Source: Altererythrobacter sp. (GTDB taxonomy: Bacteria > Pseudomonadota > Alphaproteobacteria > Sphingomonadales > Sphingomonadaceae). Taken from it: a stretch of DNA of 64,000 nucleotides. Under the pieces are notes generated by a model. The model was not told the origin of the DNA and did not search any database. It saw only the letters and a program-made list of their open reading frames with translations. The stretch is from NCBI GenBank assembly GCA_031178065.1, contig JAPSJS010000012.1, positions 2,399 to 66,398 on the forward strand. The letters are read 5' to 3'. The position numbers and the translations under genes are program-made. This document shows positions 18,975 through 29,131 of the stretch, one piece after another; positions within the stretch are counted from its first letter, which is position 1, and every line of letters begins with the position of its first letter.

Positions 18975-19694
18975 TCATGGACGTCGTGATTGCAGCATCT
19001 CCTCCACCCAAGCCGGCACCAACTCGCTTGCGGCGCCGAGACGGGATTCGTGGAACCAGGCGGAGCCCTGGCTGCGTTCGAGGTTGAGCTCGAGCGTCTG
19101 CACGCCGAGATCGCGGGCATCGCGCACGAAGCCGGCTGCGGGATAGACCGCGCCCGAGGTTCCGATCGAAACGAACAGGTCCGCCTGCCGCAGCGCGGCG
19201 TAGATGCGTTCCATCTCGTAAGGCATCTCGCCGAACCAGACCACGTCCGGCCGCAGCGCCCGCTCCCCGCAGCCCGGGCAGGGCGGGCGGTCGATCAGCG
19301 GCCCCGTCCAGCGCGAGCGCACGTCGCAGGCTGTGCACCAGGCGTTGAGATGCGTGCCGTGCATGTGCAGCACGCGCCGCGCCCCTCCGCGTTCGTGGAG
19401 GTCGTCGACGTTCTGCGTGACGATCAGCAACTCGCCGGTCCACTCGCGATCGAGCCGCCCGAGCGCTTCGTGCGCGGCATTGGGCTGCTTCTCCTGAATC
19501 GCCGCGCGGCGCATGTCGTAGAAGCGCAGCACGAGGTCGGGAGCGCGCGCGAACGCCTCGGGCGTGGCGACGTCCTCGACCCGGTGCTGTTCCCACAGCC
19601 CGCCGGCGTCGCGGAAGGTGTCGATGCCGCTTTCGGCGCTCACGCCCGCGCCGGTGAGGATGACGATGTTGCGAATGTCTGCCATGGCCGTCAT
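18975..19694 (-). CDS. cobB: NAD-dependent protein deacylase (sirtuin, CobB-type)
   Basis: GAGVSAESGIDTFR, QNVDDLHERGG, and Zn motifs CxxC...CPGC. Start uncertain: ATG 19694 or 19685, or GTG 19727. Confidence 0.85.
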   Translation of the reverse strand: MTAMADIRNIVILTGAGVSAESGIDTFRDAGGLWEQHRVEDVATPEAFARAPDLVLRFYDMRRAAIQEKQPNAAHEALGRLDREWTGELLIVTQNVDDLHERGGARRVLHMHGTHLNAWCTACDVRSRWTGPLIDRPPCPGCGERALRPDVVWFGEMPYEMERIYAALRQADLFVSIGTSGAVYPAAGFVRDARDLGVQTLELNLERSQGSAWFHESRLGAASELVPAWVEEMLQSRRP

Positions 19695-19720
19695 GAAGCA
19701 CGGGGTTTCGGGGAAGCGCA

Positions 19721-20458
19721 ATGGCACGCATCGGCATCATCGGCAGCGAAGGACGCATGGGGCGGGCGCTTGTCCGCGCGATTGCCGACGCCGGGCACGA
19801 ATATGCCGGCGGGGTCGACCGCGGGGGCGATCCGGCCGCGCTCGCCGACCGCAGCGACGTGCTGGTCGACTTCTCGGCCCCCGTCGCGCTCGAAGGGAAC
19901 ATTCACGCGGCGATCGGTGCGGGCATCCCGATCGTGATCGGCACCACCGGGCTGGAAGACCGCCACCACACCGCGATCGACAATGTCGCGCGGGCCATCG
20001 CCGTGCTGCAGACTGGCAATACCTCGCTCGGCGTGACGGTGCTCACACAGCTCGTGCGCGAAGCGGCGGCGCGGCTCGGTCCCGACTGGGACATCGAGAT
20101 CGTCGAGATGCACCACCGGCGGAAGGTCGACGCCCCCTCCGGCACGGCACTGCTTCTCGGCGAAGCGGCGGCGCAGGGGCGCGGGATCGAGCTTGCCGCC
20201 CATCGCGAGAGCGGGCGCGACGGCCATACCGGCGAGCGCCAGCACGGTGCGATCGGCTTTGCCGCCCTGCGCGGCGGCACGGTCGCGGGCGAGCACAGCG
20301 TGATCCTGGCCGGCGAGGAGGAGCGCCTTATCCTCTCGCACAGCGCCGAGAATCGGATGATCTTCGCGCGGGGGGCGGTCAGGGCGGCCGAATGGCTGAT
20401 CGGCCGCGCGCCCGGCCGCTACACGATGGACGACGTGCTCGACCCCGCTGCGCGATGA
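19721..20458 (+). CDS. dapB: 4-hydroxy-tetrahydrodipicolinate reductase
   Basis: 245 aa. IGSEGRMGRAL, EIVEMHHRRKVDAPSGTA. Confidence 0.95.
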   Translation: MARIGIIGSEGRMGRALVRAIADAGHEYAGGVDRGGDPAALADRSDVLVDFSAPVALEGNIHAAIGAGIPIVIGTTGLEDRHHTAIDNVARAIAVLQTGNTSLGVTVLTQLVREAAARLGPDWDIEIVEMHHRRKVDAPSGTALLLGEAAAQGRGIELAAHRESGRDGHTGERQHGAIGFAALRGGTVAGEHSVILAGEEERLILSHSAENRMIFARGAVRAAEWLIGRAPGRYTMDDVLDPAAR

Positions 20459-21120
20459 CGAAAGACGAGATATTCGAGTTCTTCCGCCGGCTGGCGGAAG
20501 ACAACCCCGCGCCCGAGACCGAGCTGGAATACGGCAATGCCTATCAGCTCGTCGTCGCCGTCGCGCTATCGGCCCAGGCGACCGACGTCGGCGTCAACAA
20601 GGCGACGCGCAAGCTCTTCGCCGAAGTCGAGACGCCCGAGCAGATGGTCGCACTGGGCGAGGAGGGGCTGAAGGAGCACATCAAGACCATCGGCCTGTTC
20701 AATTCGAAGGCGAAGAACGTCATCGCGCTCTCGCAGATGCTGATCGACGAGTTCGGCGGCGAAGTGCCCGATACGCGGGAGGAGCTCGTCAGGCTGCCCG
20801 GCGTCGGCCGCAAGACCGCGAATGTCGTGCTCAACTGCTGGTTCGGGCAGGAGACTTTCGCGGTCGACACGCACATCTTCCGCGTTGGCAACCGCACGGG
20901 TCTCGCAAGAGGCAAGACGCCCGAACAGGTCGAGGCCAAGCTGGAGAAGCGTGTGCCGCAGCCCTTCCGCCTGCACGCGCATCACTGGCTGATCCTGCAC
21001 GGCCGCTACATTTGCAAGGCGCGGCTTCCCGAATGCTGGCACTGCCCGGTGGTGGAGCTGTGCGCCTTCAAGCAGAAGGTTCTGGTGCCTCCGGCAAGTC
21101 GGGCGAAAGCGCCGAGATAG
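20455..21120 (+). CDS. nth: Endonuclease III
   Basis: 221 aa. HhH-GPD (LPGVGRKTANVVL) and a 4Fe-4S cluster loop C-x6-C-x2-C-x5-C. The ATGA overlap with the dapB stop supports this start. Confidence 0.95.
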   Translation: MTKDEIFEFFRRLAEDNPAPETELEYGNAYQLVVAVALSAQATDVGVNKATRKLFAEVETPEQMVALGEEGLKEHIKTIGLFNSKAKNVIALSQMLIDEFGGEVPDTREELVRLPGVGRKTANVVLNCWFGQETFAVDTHIFRVGNRTGLARGKTPEQVEAKLEKRVPQPFRLHAHHWLILHGRYICKARLPECWHCPVVELCAFKQKVLVPPASRAKAPR

Positions 21121-22399
21121 TCTGCGCCGCGACGAGATCGCCCACGACGTTCAGGGTGGTGCGGCACATGTCGAGGAAGCGGTCGACACCGAGGATCAGC
21201 CCGATGCCGGCCGGATCGACGCCCACGCCCGCCAGGATCAGTGCGATCACCGGCAGCGAGCCGCCCGGCACGCCGGCGGTGCCGATGCCGGCCAGGATGC
21301 AGATCAGCATGACGAAGGCCTGATCCATCAGCGAGAGCTCGACCCCGAAGAACTGCGCGAGGAACAGCACCGTCACCCCTTCGAACATGGCAGTGCCGTT
21401 CTGGTTGGCGGTGGCGCCGATGGTCAGCACGAAGCGTGCGATGCGGCGCGGCAAGCCCAGCTCGGCATCGGCGACGCGCAGCGCGGTCGGCAGCGTTGCG
21501 TTGGAGCTGGCGGTGGAGAACGCCATGACGCTCGCCTCGCGCGTCTCGCGGAAGAACGCGATGGGGCTCTTCTTGGCGACGAACTTCAGGATCGCGGGGA
21601 AGACGCCGAAGATCTGCACCCCGAGCGCCAGCAGAACGACGCCGACGAACGCGGCGAGCTTGAACAGCAGGTCCCAGCCGAACTGGGCCGTGAGGTTGAA
21701 CATGAAACAGAAGATCGCGATCGGCGCGAGCTGGATGACGAAGCCGATCAGCTTCATCGCCACTTCGAACACACCCTCGATCGCGTCCTTCAGCGTTTCG
21801 GTCCGCCGCGTCTGGACGAGCAGAAGGCCGATGCCGAAGAACAGCGCGAAGAACATGACCGCCAGAATGTCGTTGGACGACATCGCGGCGATGACATTGC
21901 TCGGCACGATGGCGATGACCTGGTTGACGCCGGCCTGGCTCTCGGCACTCGCGCGGACGATGCTCGACGCGCCCTCCGCCCCTTCGGCCAGCAATTCGGC
22001 GGCGGCGGCAGGGTCGATCCCCTCGCCCGGCTTGATCAGATTGACCAGCGCGAGCGAGATCACGACCGCGATCGAGGAGACGACCACCGTGTAGAGCAGT
22101 GTCCGGAGCCCGACCCTGCCGAGCGACTTGACCTCGCCCATCTCTGCGATGCCGACCACCAGCGCGCTGAACAGCAGCGGGATGACGAGCATGAACAGCA
22201 GGCGGAGGAAGATCTGCCCGATCGGATTGGTGACGTAAGTCACGATCGATTCGACCCACGCCGCGTCGCGCGCGAAGGTATAGGCAAGGAGGCCGGCGAC
22301 GAGCCCGCCAACGAACCCGATCAGGATCCGCCATTGCAGCTTGCCGTGTCCCGTCGGTGCGGCGCCTGCGGCGATCTCCGCTGCGTCCTGGCTTGCCAT
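21068..22399 (-). CDS. Dicarboxylate/amino acid:cation symporter (DAACS, GltP/DctA-like)
   Basis: Polytopic protein with SSNATLP and GTAGVPG-type motifs. I chose the start at MASQDAAE. Its 3' end overlaps the convergent nth by 53 nt. Confidence 0.85.
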   Translation of the reverse strand: MASQDAAEIAAGAAPTGHGKLQWRILIGFVGGLVAGLLAYTFARDAAWVESIVTYVTNPIGQIFLRLLFMLVIPLLFSALVVGIAEMGEVKSLGRVGLRTLLYTVVVSSIAVVISLALVNLIKPGEGIDPAAAAELLAEGAEGASSIVRASAESQAGVNQVIAIVPSNVIAAMSSNDILAVMFFALFFGIGLLLVQTRRTETLKDAIEGVFEVAMKLIGFVIQLAPIAIFCFMFNLTAQFGWDLLFKLAAFVGVVLLALGVQIFGVFPAILKFVAKKSPIAFFRETREASVMAFSTASSNATLPTALRVADAELGLPRRIARFVLTIGATANQNGTAMFEGVTVLFLAQFFGVELSLMDQAFVMLICILAGIGTAGVPGGSLPVIALILAGVGVDPAGIGLILGVDRFLDMCRTTLNVVGDLVAAQTISALSPDLPEAPEPSA

Positions 22400-22424
22400 T
22401 TCTCGCTTCCCCTCCGGTATCGTC

Positions 22425-23552
22425 TTATCGTTTGCCCAGCGCCGCTGCGGCGATGCGCGCATAGATGCGGCCTAGCGTATCGAGGTCCGCCAGCGCCACC
22501 GCCTCGTCGCGCTTGTGCATGGTGGCGTTGCACAGCCCGAACTCGATCACCGGGCAGACGGCGCGCAGGAACCGCGCATCGGACGTGCCGCCGCTGGTCG
22601 AAGCTTCGGGCACGAGACCGGTCTCGGCCTCGACCGCATCGGCGATCATCTGCGAGAACTCGCCAGGCGGCGTCAGGAACGGTTCGCCCGAGATGATCGG
22701 AAGCGCGGTTCCGCCGTGCTTCGCGGCGATACCGGCGACCTTCTCCGACAGCGACGCACCCGTGTGGCGGTCGTTGAAGCGGATCGAGATTCGTGCGGTG
22801 GCCTTGGCCGGGATCACGTTGTGCGCCGGGTTGCCAACCTCGAGGTCGGTGATTTCGAGGTTCGACGGCTGGAACCACTCGGTCCCCTCGTCGAGCACCA
22901 GCGCATCGAGCTCCGCGAGGATCGCGACGAGCTTCGGGATCGGATTGTCGGCGTTGTGCGGATAGGCGACGTGGCCTTGCGTGCCGTCGACCTCGAGCCA
23001 GATATTGACCGAGCCTCGACGGCCGATCTTCATCATGTCGCCGAGGCGGTTGACGCTCGTCGGCTCGCCCACGAGGCACAGGTCTGGGCGATGGCCGCGT
23101 TCCTCCATGAAGTCGATCAGCGCGCGGGTGCCGTAGACGGCTGGACCTTCCTCGTCGCCCGTCACGATGAAGCTGATCGTGCCGGCTTCCGCCGGAATAT
23201 CCGCCACCGCCGCGACCATCGCCGCGATCGCACCCTTCATGTCGACCGCGCCGCGCCCGTAGAGCAGATCGCCGCGCCGCTCGGGCGCGAAGGGCGCGCT
23301 GGTCCAGCCTTCTCCGGGCGGGACGACATCCAGATGGCCGGCGAATGCAAAGTGCCTCGATCCCGCGGGACCCGGGCGGATCGCGAAGAGGTTCTCGACC
23401 GGCCCGTCCGGCGCCTCGCCGCGCACGAAGCGGTGAACCTCGAAGCCGAGCGGCACCAGCATCCCCTCCAGCACGTCGAACACCGCCCCGGTCGCCGGGG
23501 TGACACTGGGCGCGGCGATCAGCTTTTCGGCAAGCAGGCTGGCGTCGGTCAT
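22425..23552 (-). CDS. dapE: Succinyl-diaminopimelate desuccinylase
   Basis: 375 aa M20 peptidase. FAGHLDVVPPG, GRGAVDMKG, EEG. Confidence 0.9.
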   Translation of the reverse strand: MTDASLLAEKLIAAPSVTPATGAVFDVLEGMLVPLGFEVHRFVRGEAPDGPVENLFAIRPGPAGSRHFAFAGHLDVVPPGEGWTSAPFAPERRGDLLYGRGAVDMKGAIAAMVAAVADIPAEAGTISFIVTGDEEGPAVYGTRALIDFMEERGHRPDLCLVGEPTSVNRLGDMMKIGRRGSVNIWLEVDGTQGHVAYPHNADNPIPKLVAILAELDALVLDEGTEWFQPSNLEITDLEVGNPAHNVIPAKATARISIRFNDRHTGASLSEKVAGIAAKHGGTALPIISGEPFLTPPGEFSQMIADAVEAETGLVPEASTSGGTSDARFLRAVCPVIEFGLCNATMHKRDEAVALADLDTLGRIYARIAAAALGKR

Positions 23553-23605
23553 CGCGCGGGGGTTAGACGAGCAATTCGTCGCTTACCACCCATCGGAGTC
23601 GTTCC

Positions 23606-24073
23606 ATGCCCAAGCTCGCTCTCGACAGTCTCCCGCTGACCAACGCCACCGGCTACCCCGCCCCCTACGACCAGGAGGTGGAGGGCCGCTGGTATCGCCG
23701 CCTCGCGCCCGCCGCGGGTCTCACCGAGATGGGCGCGAGCCATGTCGTGCTGAAGCCCGGCGCCTGGTCGTCGCAGCGCCACTGGCATGGCGGGCAGGAC
23801 GAACTGCTGGTGATGATCGCGGGCGAGGCGGTGCTGGTCGAAGACGGCGGCGAAACGATGCTCCGCGCCGGCGACGTTGCCGCCTGGCCGAAAGGCGTGC
23901 ACGACGGGCACCACTTGCAGAACCGCAGCGGGAGCGACTGCGTCTTCGTCGCCATCAGCGCGGGTGACAGCTCGGCCGATTACGGCGAGTACCCCGATAT
24001 CGACATGAAGTTCGGACCCGACGGCTACCTCCACAAGGACGGCACGCCCTATCCGACGAAGCGGATACCCTAG
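23606..24073 (+). CDS. Cupin domain protein
   Basis: 155 aa. [19 protein letters not shown]...GDVAAWPKG is a cupin signature. Confidence 0.7.
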   Translation: MPKLALDSLPLTNATGYPAPYDQEVEGRWYRRLAPAAGLTEMGASHVVLKPGAWSSQRHWHGGQDELLVMIAGEAVLVEDGGETMLRAGDVAAWPKGVHDGHHLQNRSGSDCVFVAISAGDSSADYGEYPDIDMKFGPDGYLHKDGTPYPTKRIP

Positions 24074-25644
24074 CGCATCAGTCCCCCGATCAGGTTGCGC
24101 ACGAAGCGGCCTGCGAGCGGCCCCGCGAGATCGGTGGCGAGCGAGCCGAGGCCGGAGGATGCTGCGGTCTTCATGGGGTTCGCGCGCGACTTGCGCCCCG
24201 TGATCGTACTCGCCGCGATCGACGCGCCCGAGCCGGTCGCCGCGCCCACCGCGCGCTTCAACGCCTTGCCCCAGATCGAGGTGCTCTTGCGCGGGCGCTT
24301 CTCGACCTCTTCGCGTCCCTTCTGCTCGACCTCCTCGGCCGTCGCGGTGGCGTCGGCGGCTTTCTGCGCGAGCACTTCCTCCGCACTCTCGCGATCGACC
24401 GCGGTATCGTACTTGCCCGCCACCGGGCTGACCGACTGGACGATCGCCCGCTCCTTCGCCGTCACCGGCCCCAGGCGGCTGCGCGGGGGCTTGATCAGCG
24501 TGCGCTGAACGATCGAGGGTGCGCCGTCCTCGAGCAAGGTAGAAACGAGCGCCTCGCCGACCTTGAGCTCGGTGATCGCCGTCTCCACGTCGAGCTCGGG
24601 GTTGATGCGGAAGGTCTCGGCCGCGGCGCGGATCGCCCTCTGGTCGCGCGGGGTGAAGGCGCGTAGCGCGTGCTGCACCCGGTTGCCGAGCTGGCCGGCG
24701 ACTTCCTCCGGAATGTCGATCGGGTTCTGCGTCACGAAATAGACGCCCACGCCCTTCGAGCGAATCAGGCGCACGACCTGCTCGATCTTGTCCTGCAGCG
24801 CCTTGGGCGCATCGTCGAACAGCAGGTGTGCCTCGTCGAAGAAGAACACCAGCTTGGGCTTCTCGGGGTCGCCGACTTCGGGCAGGCTCTCGAACAATTC
24901 GGCCAGCAGCCAGAGCAGGAACGTTGCGTAGAGCTTCGGGCTGCGCATGAGCTTGTCGGCGGCGAGGACGTTGATGTAGCCGCGCCCCTGCTCGTCCGCT
25001 TTCAGGAAATCGTCGATCTCCAGCGCGGGTTCGCCGAAGAATCGGTCCGCGCCCTGGCTTTCGAAGCTCAGGAGCTGGCGCTGGATCGTGCCGACGCTCG
25101 CCTTGGTGACGTTGCCGTACTTGGTGCTCAGCTCCTTCGAGTTCTCCGCACACCAGGCGAGCATCGCCTGCAAGTCACCGAGATCGAGCAGCAGCAGCCC
25201 GTGATCGTCGGCGTGGCGGAAGACGATCTGCAGCACGCCCTCCTGCGTTTCGTTGAGGTCGAGCAGCCGGGCGAGCAGCAGCGGCCCCATCTCCGAGATC
25301 GTCGTCCGGATCGGATGCCCCTGCTCACCGTAGAGGTCCCAGAAAATGGCCGGGTTGTCGGAATAGGCATAGTCCTCCATGCCCAGCTCCTTCGCGCGCT
25401 CCTCCAGCTTGTCGGCGTTCTTGAAGGTCGGGGAGCCGGCCATGGCGATGCCGGAGAGATCGCCTTTCACGTCAGCCACGAAGACCGGCACGCCTTGGGC
25501 GGAAAAACTCTCGGCCAGGCCCTGGAGGGTCACCGTCTTGCCGGTGCCGGTTGCGCCGGCGATCAGCCCGTGGCGGTTGGCGCGCCGAAGGTTGAGGAAC
25601 TGCTTCTCGCCGTTGCCGGCCAGCCCGAGAAAGATTTCGCTCAC
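24070..25644 (-). CDS. DUF853 / HerA-like P-loop ATPase (YjgR-like)
   Basis: 524 aa. N-terminal [19 protein letters not shown] Walker A and [10 protein letters not shown] Walker B. Confidence 0.85.
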   Translation of the reverse strand: MSEIFLGLAGNGEKQFLNLRRANRHGLIAGATGTGKTVTLQGLAESFSAQGVPVFVADVKGDLSGIAMAGSPTFKNADKLEERAKELGMEDYAYSDNPAIFWDLYGEQGHPIRTTISEMGPLLLARLLDLNETQEGVLQIVFRHADDHGLLLLDLGDLQAMLAWCAENSKELSTKYGNVTKASVGTIQRQLLSFESQGADRFFGEPALEIDDFLKADEQGRGYINVLAADKLMRSPKLYATFLLWLLAELFESLPEVGDPEKPKLVFFFDEAHLLFDDAPKALQDKIEQVVRLIRSKGVGVYFVTQNPIDIPEEVAGQLGNRVQHALRAFTPRDQRAIRAAAETFRINPELDVETAITELKVGEALVSTLLEDGAPSIVQRTLIKPPRSRLGPVTAKERAIVQSVSPVAGKYDTAVDRESAEEVLAQKAADATATAEEVEQKGREEVEKRPRKSTSIWGKALKRAVGAATGSGASIAASTITGRKSRANPMKTAASSGLGSLATDLAGPLAGRFVRNLIGGLMR

Positions 25645-25747
25645 GTATGATTCTCCCGCCGTGATCGCGATCAGGCATGGCGCAGGCGTTCGCGCGCCGC
25701 AAGTTCCCGGCTTGGCGGATAGGGCTCCGGACCCTAAGGCGGGGGCG

Positions 25748-27574
25748 ATGGGAGAGCGAACACCCTTCGTGCTGCTCGACGATGCGCGCGCCGGGAGCGC
25801 GGCCGACGCGCATTTCTACGAGAACCCGGTGGAGATCTTCGTCGCGCGCCAGCCCGGCGAGGTCGAAGCCGTGCTTGCCGCCGCCGATGCGGCGCGGGCC
25901 GAACGCGGCGGCTGGCTCGTCGGCTTTCTCGCGTACGAGGCAGGGCTGGCGCTCGAGCCCAGGCTGCGCGCACTGGCGGAGGCGAGGACCGGGGCGGCCG
26001 GGCCGCTCGTCTGGCTCGGCCTGTTCGAGACGGAAACCGTCATTTCCGCCGCAGACGTGCCCACCTGGCTTGCGGCGCGCGCCGAGGGCGATGCCTCGCT
26101 CGGACCGCTCGATCCGCAGGTCTCGCCCGGCGCCTATGCCCAGGCCTTCGCCCGGCTGCAGGAGGCGATCCGCGGCGGCGACATCTATCAGGCGAATCTC
26201 ACTTTCCCGCTCGCCGGGTCGTACCGGGGCGATCCGCTCGCGCTCTACGCGGCGCTGCGCCCGGCGGCGCAGGCGGGCTACGGCGGGATGGTGTTCGATG
26301 GCGCGCACTGGCTGCTCAGCCTCTCGCCCGAGCTGTTCGTCTCGCTCAAGGGACGCAAGGCCAAGGCCAAGCCGATGAAGGGCACCCGGCCCCGGTCGGA
26401 CGATCCGGCAGAGGACCGCGCGCTGGCAGACGATCTGGCGGCCTCGACCAAGGACCGGGCAGAAAACCTGATGATCGTCGACCTGATGCGCAACGACCTG
26501 TCGCGCGTGGCCGAACCCGGCAGCGTCCGCGTCGATGCGCCGTTCGCGGTCGAAAGCTATCCGACCGTCCACCAGATGGTCACCACCGTGCGCGCGGCAC
26601 TGGCTGAGGGGAAAGGCGCGGCGGACCTCGTGCGTGCGATCTTCCCCTGCGGCTCAATCACCGGCGCGCCGAAGATCCGCGCGATGGAACTGATCGCCGA
26701 AGTCGAACGCGATGCCCGCGGTCCCTATTGCGGCGCGATCGGCCGGATCGGCCCGGCCAAGGATGGAAACGGGGGCGACGCGGCGTTCAACGTCGCGATC
26801 CGCACGTTGCGGCTGACTCCGATCGAGAACGCGCAAGGCACCGCCGTGCTCGGCGTCGGTTCCGCGATCGTCGCCGACAGTGAGCCGCTGACCGAGTGGC
26901 GCGAGGCGGTGCTCAAGGGCGGCTTCGCCCGGCGCAGTTCGCCCGGCCACACGGCGCCCGCGTTCGATCTGATCGAGACCATGCGCTTCACGCCCGAAGA
27001 GGGCATAGCGCTGATAGAAGGGCACCTGGAGCGGATGAAGGCGAGCGCCGCCGCGCTCGGCTTCGCTTTCGACCGCCATGTCGCACGCAATCGCATCCAT
27101 GCGCTCTGCTTCGAGCTCGAGCGCCCGGCCCGCGTGCGCCTGCTCTGCGCCCGTAGCGGTGCGATCGCGGTCGAGGCGTGCGACCTGCCCCCGCCGCTGG
27201 GCGAGCCGGTGCGCTGCATCGCGCTGCCGCTGCCGGTCGATCCCGGCGACTGGCGCCTGCGGCACAAGACCAGCGACCGCGGCTTCTACGCGGACGGGCT
27301 GGCCGCTGCTCGCGAAGCCGGCGCGGCCGAGGCGCTGTTCGTTCGCGACGACGGGCTCGTGACGGAAGGCAGCTTCACCAATCTCTACGTCGAGCGCGGC
27401 GGCATCCTGCTGACGCCGCCGGCGCGGCTCGGGCTGCTGCCAGGCGTCGCGCGCGCTGCGCTCCTCGCCCAGGATCACGCGCGCGAGGCTGAGCTGACGC
27501 TCGCCGATCTCGAAGGCGGTTTCCTGATCGGCAACGCCCTGCGCGGGCTGATGCGGGCGGAACTCGCACTCTAG
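25748..27574 (+). CDS. pabB: Fused aminodeoxychorismate synthase component I / aminodeoxychorismate lyase (PabB-PabC)
   Basis: 608 aa. Chorismate-binding domain ([29 protein letters not shown]) followed by a class IV aminotransferase-like domain ([17 protein letters not shown]). The track ORF's 5' extension (25379) was rejected. Confidence 0.85.
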   Translation: MGERTPFVLLDDARAGSAADAHFYENPVEIFVARQPGEVEAVLAAADAARAERGGWLVGFLAYEAGLALEPRLRALAEARTGAAGPLVWLGLFETETVISAADVPTWLAARAEGDASLGPLDPQVSPGAYAQAFARLQEAIRGGDIYQANLTFPLAGSYRGDPLALYAALRPAAQAGYGGMVFDGAHWLLSLSPELFVSLKGRKAKAKPMKGTRPRSDDPAEDRALADDLAASTKDRAENLMIVDLMRNDLSRVAEPGSVRVDAPFAVESYPTVHQMVTTVRAALAEGKGAADLVRAIFPCGSITGAPKIRAMELIAEVERDARGPYCGAIGRIGPAKDGNGGDAAFNVAIRTLRLTPIENAQGTAVLGVGSAIVADSEPLTEWREAVLKGGFARRSSPGHTAPAFDLIETMRFTPEEGIALIEGHLERMKASAAALGFAFDRHVARNRIHALCFELERPARVRLLCARSGAIAVEACDLPPPLGEPVRCIALPLPVDPGDWRLRHKTSDRGFYADGLAAAREAGAAEALFVRDDGLVTEGSFTNLYVERGGILLTPPARLGLLPGVARAALLAQDHAREAELTLADLEGGFLIGNALRGLMRAELAL

Positions 27575-27705
27575 CGCTGCCGTTGGAGCCGAGCGCGCCG
27601 GACAGGAAGAGGAGGGCGTTGGCCAAGGCCCTCTCTTTCCTCTAGCGGGCGCGCTGGACACAGGAACGGCCCTTCGACAAGTTCGGGGCGAACGGAAGGT
27701 CGGCA

Positions 27706-28362
27706 ATGAGCGCTCTGCATATCCTCTTCGAAGACGGCGAAGCGCTGATCATCGACAAACCCGGCGGGCTGCCGATCGAGCGCCCGCGCAAAGGCGGCCG
27801 GGCGCTGGAAGATCAGCTCGACGAACTGAAGCTCGGCTTCCAGCGCGCGCCGATGCCCGTTCACCGGCTCGATACCGACACCTCCGGCTGCCTGCTGCTC
27901 GCGCGCAATCCCAAGGCGCTCCGGCGCTTCGCCATGGCGTTCGAGGAGCGGCTGGTCGAAAAGCGCTACCTCGGCATTCTCGACGGGGAGCCGGCGGAAG
28001 ACGAAGGCAGGATCGCGCTGTCGCTGAGCAAGATCAGCAGTGCGGAAAAAGGCTGGCGGATGATCGTTGCGAAGAAGGGCAAGCCCTCGGTCACCCATTG
28101 GCGCGTCGTCTCGCGGCACCAGGGCCGCACGCTGGTCGAGTTCCGGCCCGAGACCGGCCGTACGCACCAGATCCGCGTCCACGCCGCCAGCGGCCTCGGC
28201 GTGCCGCTGCTCGGCGACCCGGTCTATGGCAGCGGCAAGGGTGCGCCGCGCACCATGCTCCATGCGGCGGCGCTCGTCGTCCCACGCGCGGGCAAGCCCC
28301 CGGTCGAGGCGACCGCCCCGCTCCCCGCGGATTTCGCCGCCCTCGGATTCGCCGATGGATGA
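27706..28362 (+). CDS. RluA-family pseudouridine synthase
   Basis: 218 aa. HRLDTDTSGCLLLA catalytic Asp motif and TGRTHQIRVH. Confidence 0.85.
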   Translation: MSALHILFEDGEALIIDKPGGLPIERPRKGGRALEDQLDELKLGFQRAPMPVHRLDTDTSGCLLLARNPKALRRFAMAFEERLVEKRYLGILDGEPAEDEGRIALSLSKISSAEKGWRMIVAKKGKPSVTHWRVVSRHQGRTLVEFRPETGRTHQIRVHAASGLGVPLLGDPVYGSGKGAPRTMLHAAALVVPRAGKPPVEATAPLPADFAALGFADG

Positions 28363-28771
28363 GGAGCCGCCGTCCCCGGTGGAGCGCGCGCTGGCGCTGG
28401 CGGAGGAAAGCTTCATCGCCGGCACCGGGCCCGGCGGGCAGAACGTCAACAAGGTCGCGACCGCGGTGCAACTGCGGCTCGACGTCTTTGCCCTGCGCTT
28501 GACGCCCGCGGTCTTCGCGCGGCTCAAGACGCTCGCCGGCAGCCGGATGACCGCAAGGGGCGAGATCGTCCTCACCGCGCGCACCCACCGCACGCAGGAG
28601 GCGAATCGCGAGGAGGCCCGCCACCGGCTGGCCGAGCTGATCGAAGAGGCGCTCAGGGAGCCGAAGAAGCGCGCCAAGAGCCGCGTCAACCGCGTCGGCA
28701 AGGTGAAACGTCTGAAGGCGAAGAAATCGCGCGGCGCGGTCAAGGCCAGCCGGGGCAAGGTCGACTGGTAG
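28355..28771 (+). CDS. arfB: Alternative ribosome-rescue factor ArfB (peptidyl-tRNA hydrolase, GGQ)
   Basis: 138 aa. GPGGQNVNKV motif and a basic C-terminal tail. 8-nt overlap with the rluA-family stop. Confidence 0.85.
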   Translation: MDEEPPSPVERALALAEESFIAGTGPGGQNVNKVATAVQLRLDVFALRLTPAVFARLKTLAGSRMTARGEIVLTARTHRTQEANREEARHRLAELIEEALREPKKRAKSRVNRVGKVKRLKAKKSRGAVKASRGKVDW

Positions 28772-28899
28772 CGTGCTTGACTTTTCCCCGTGAATCACCC
28801 AATGGCCGCGCCGGAATGGCGGTGCCGCGCGCGCCGCCTGAATTTTTTCGGCCGCTTACACTGGTGTTTGGGGCCTCAGAACGATCTTAGGAACACGCC

Positions 28900-29067
28900 A
28901 TGGCGAAGCCCGCAACCGTCAAGATCAAGCTCGTCTCGACCGCCGATACGGGCTTCTACTACGTGACCAAGAAGAATCCCCGGAACATCACCGAGAAGAT
29001 GACCTTCCGCAAGTACGATCCCGTCGTGCGCAAGCACGTCGAGTTCAAGGAAGCGAAGATCAAGTAA
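28900..29067 (+). CDS. rpmG: 50S ribosomal protein L33
   Basis: 55 aa, below the track cutoff. [56 protein letters not shown] translated it by hand. Confidence 0.9.
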   Translation: MAKPATVKIKLVSTADTGFYYVTKKNPRNITEKMTFRKYDPVVRKHVEFKEAKIK

Positions 29068-29131
29068 GCTGAATTTCCGGAACCGGATGAATTCAGCATC
29101 GGTTCAATGCTCCGATCCTAGTTCACGGAGC

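Noticed and set aside
18184-19694. ThiF/E1-like plus Sir2 pair as a possible anti-phage (Sir2- or ubiquitin-like-conjugation-type) defence module
   Set aside because: The genes are convergent, so they are not an operon. The Sir2 protein has the full CobB sirtuin motif set and Zn ribbon. The E1-like protein is a standard MoeB-type with CxxC pairs. No JAB, E2, Ubl or effector genes are adjacent.
24070-25644. HerA-like DUF853 ATPase as a defence or conjugation component
   Set aside because: It is a stand-alone gene flanked by dapE, a cupin and pabBC. There is no nuclease, Sir2 or DUF4297 partner, and no mobile-element context. It matches the widespread YjgR-type housekeeping family.
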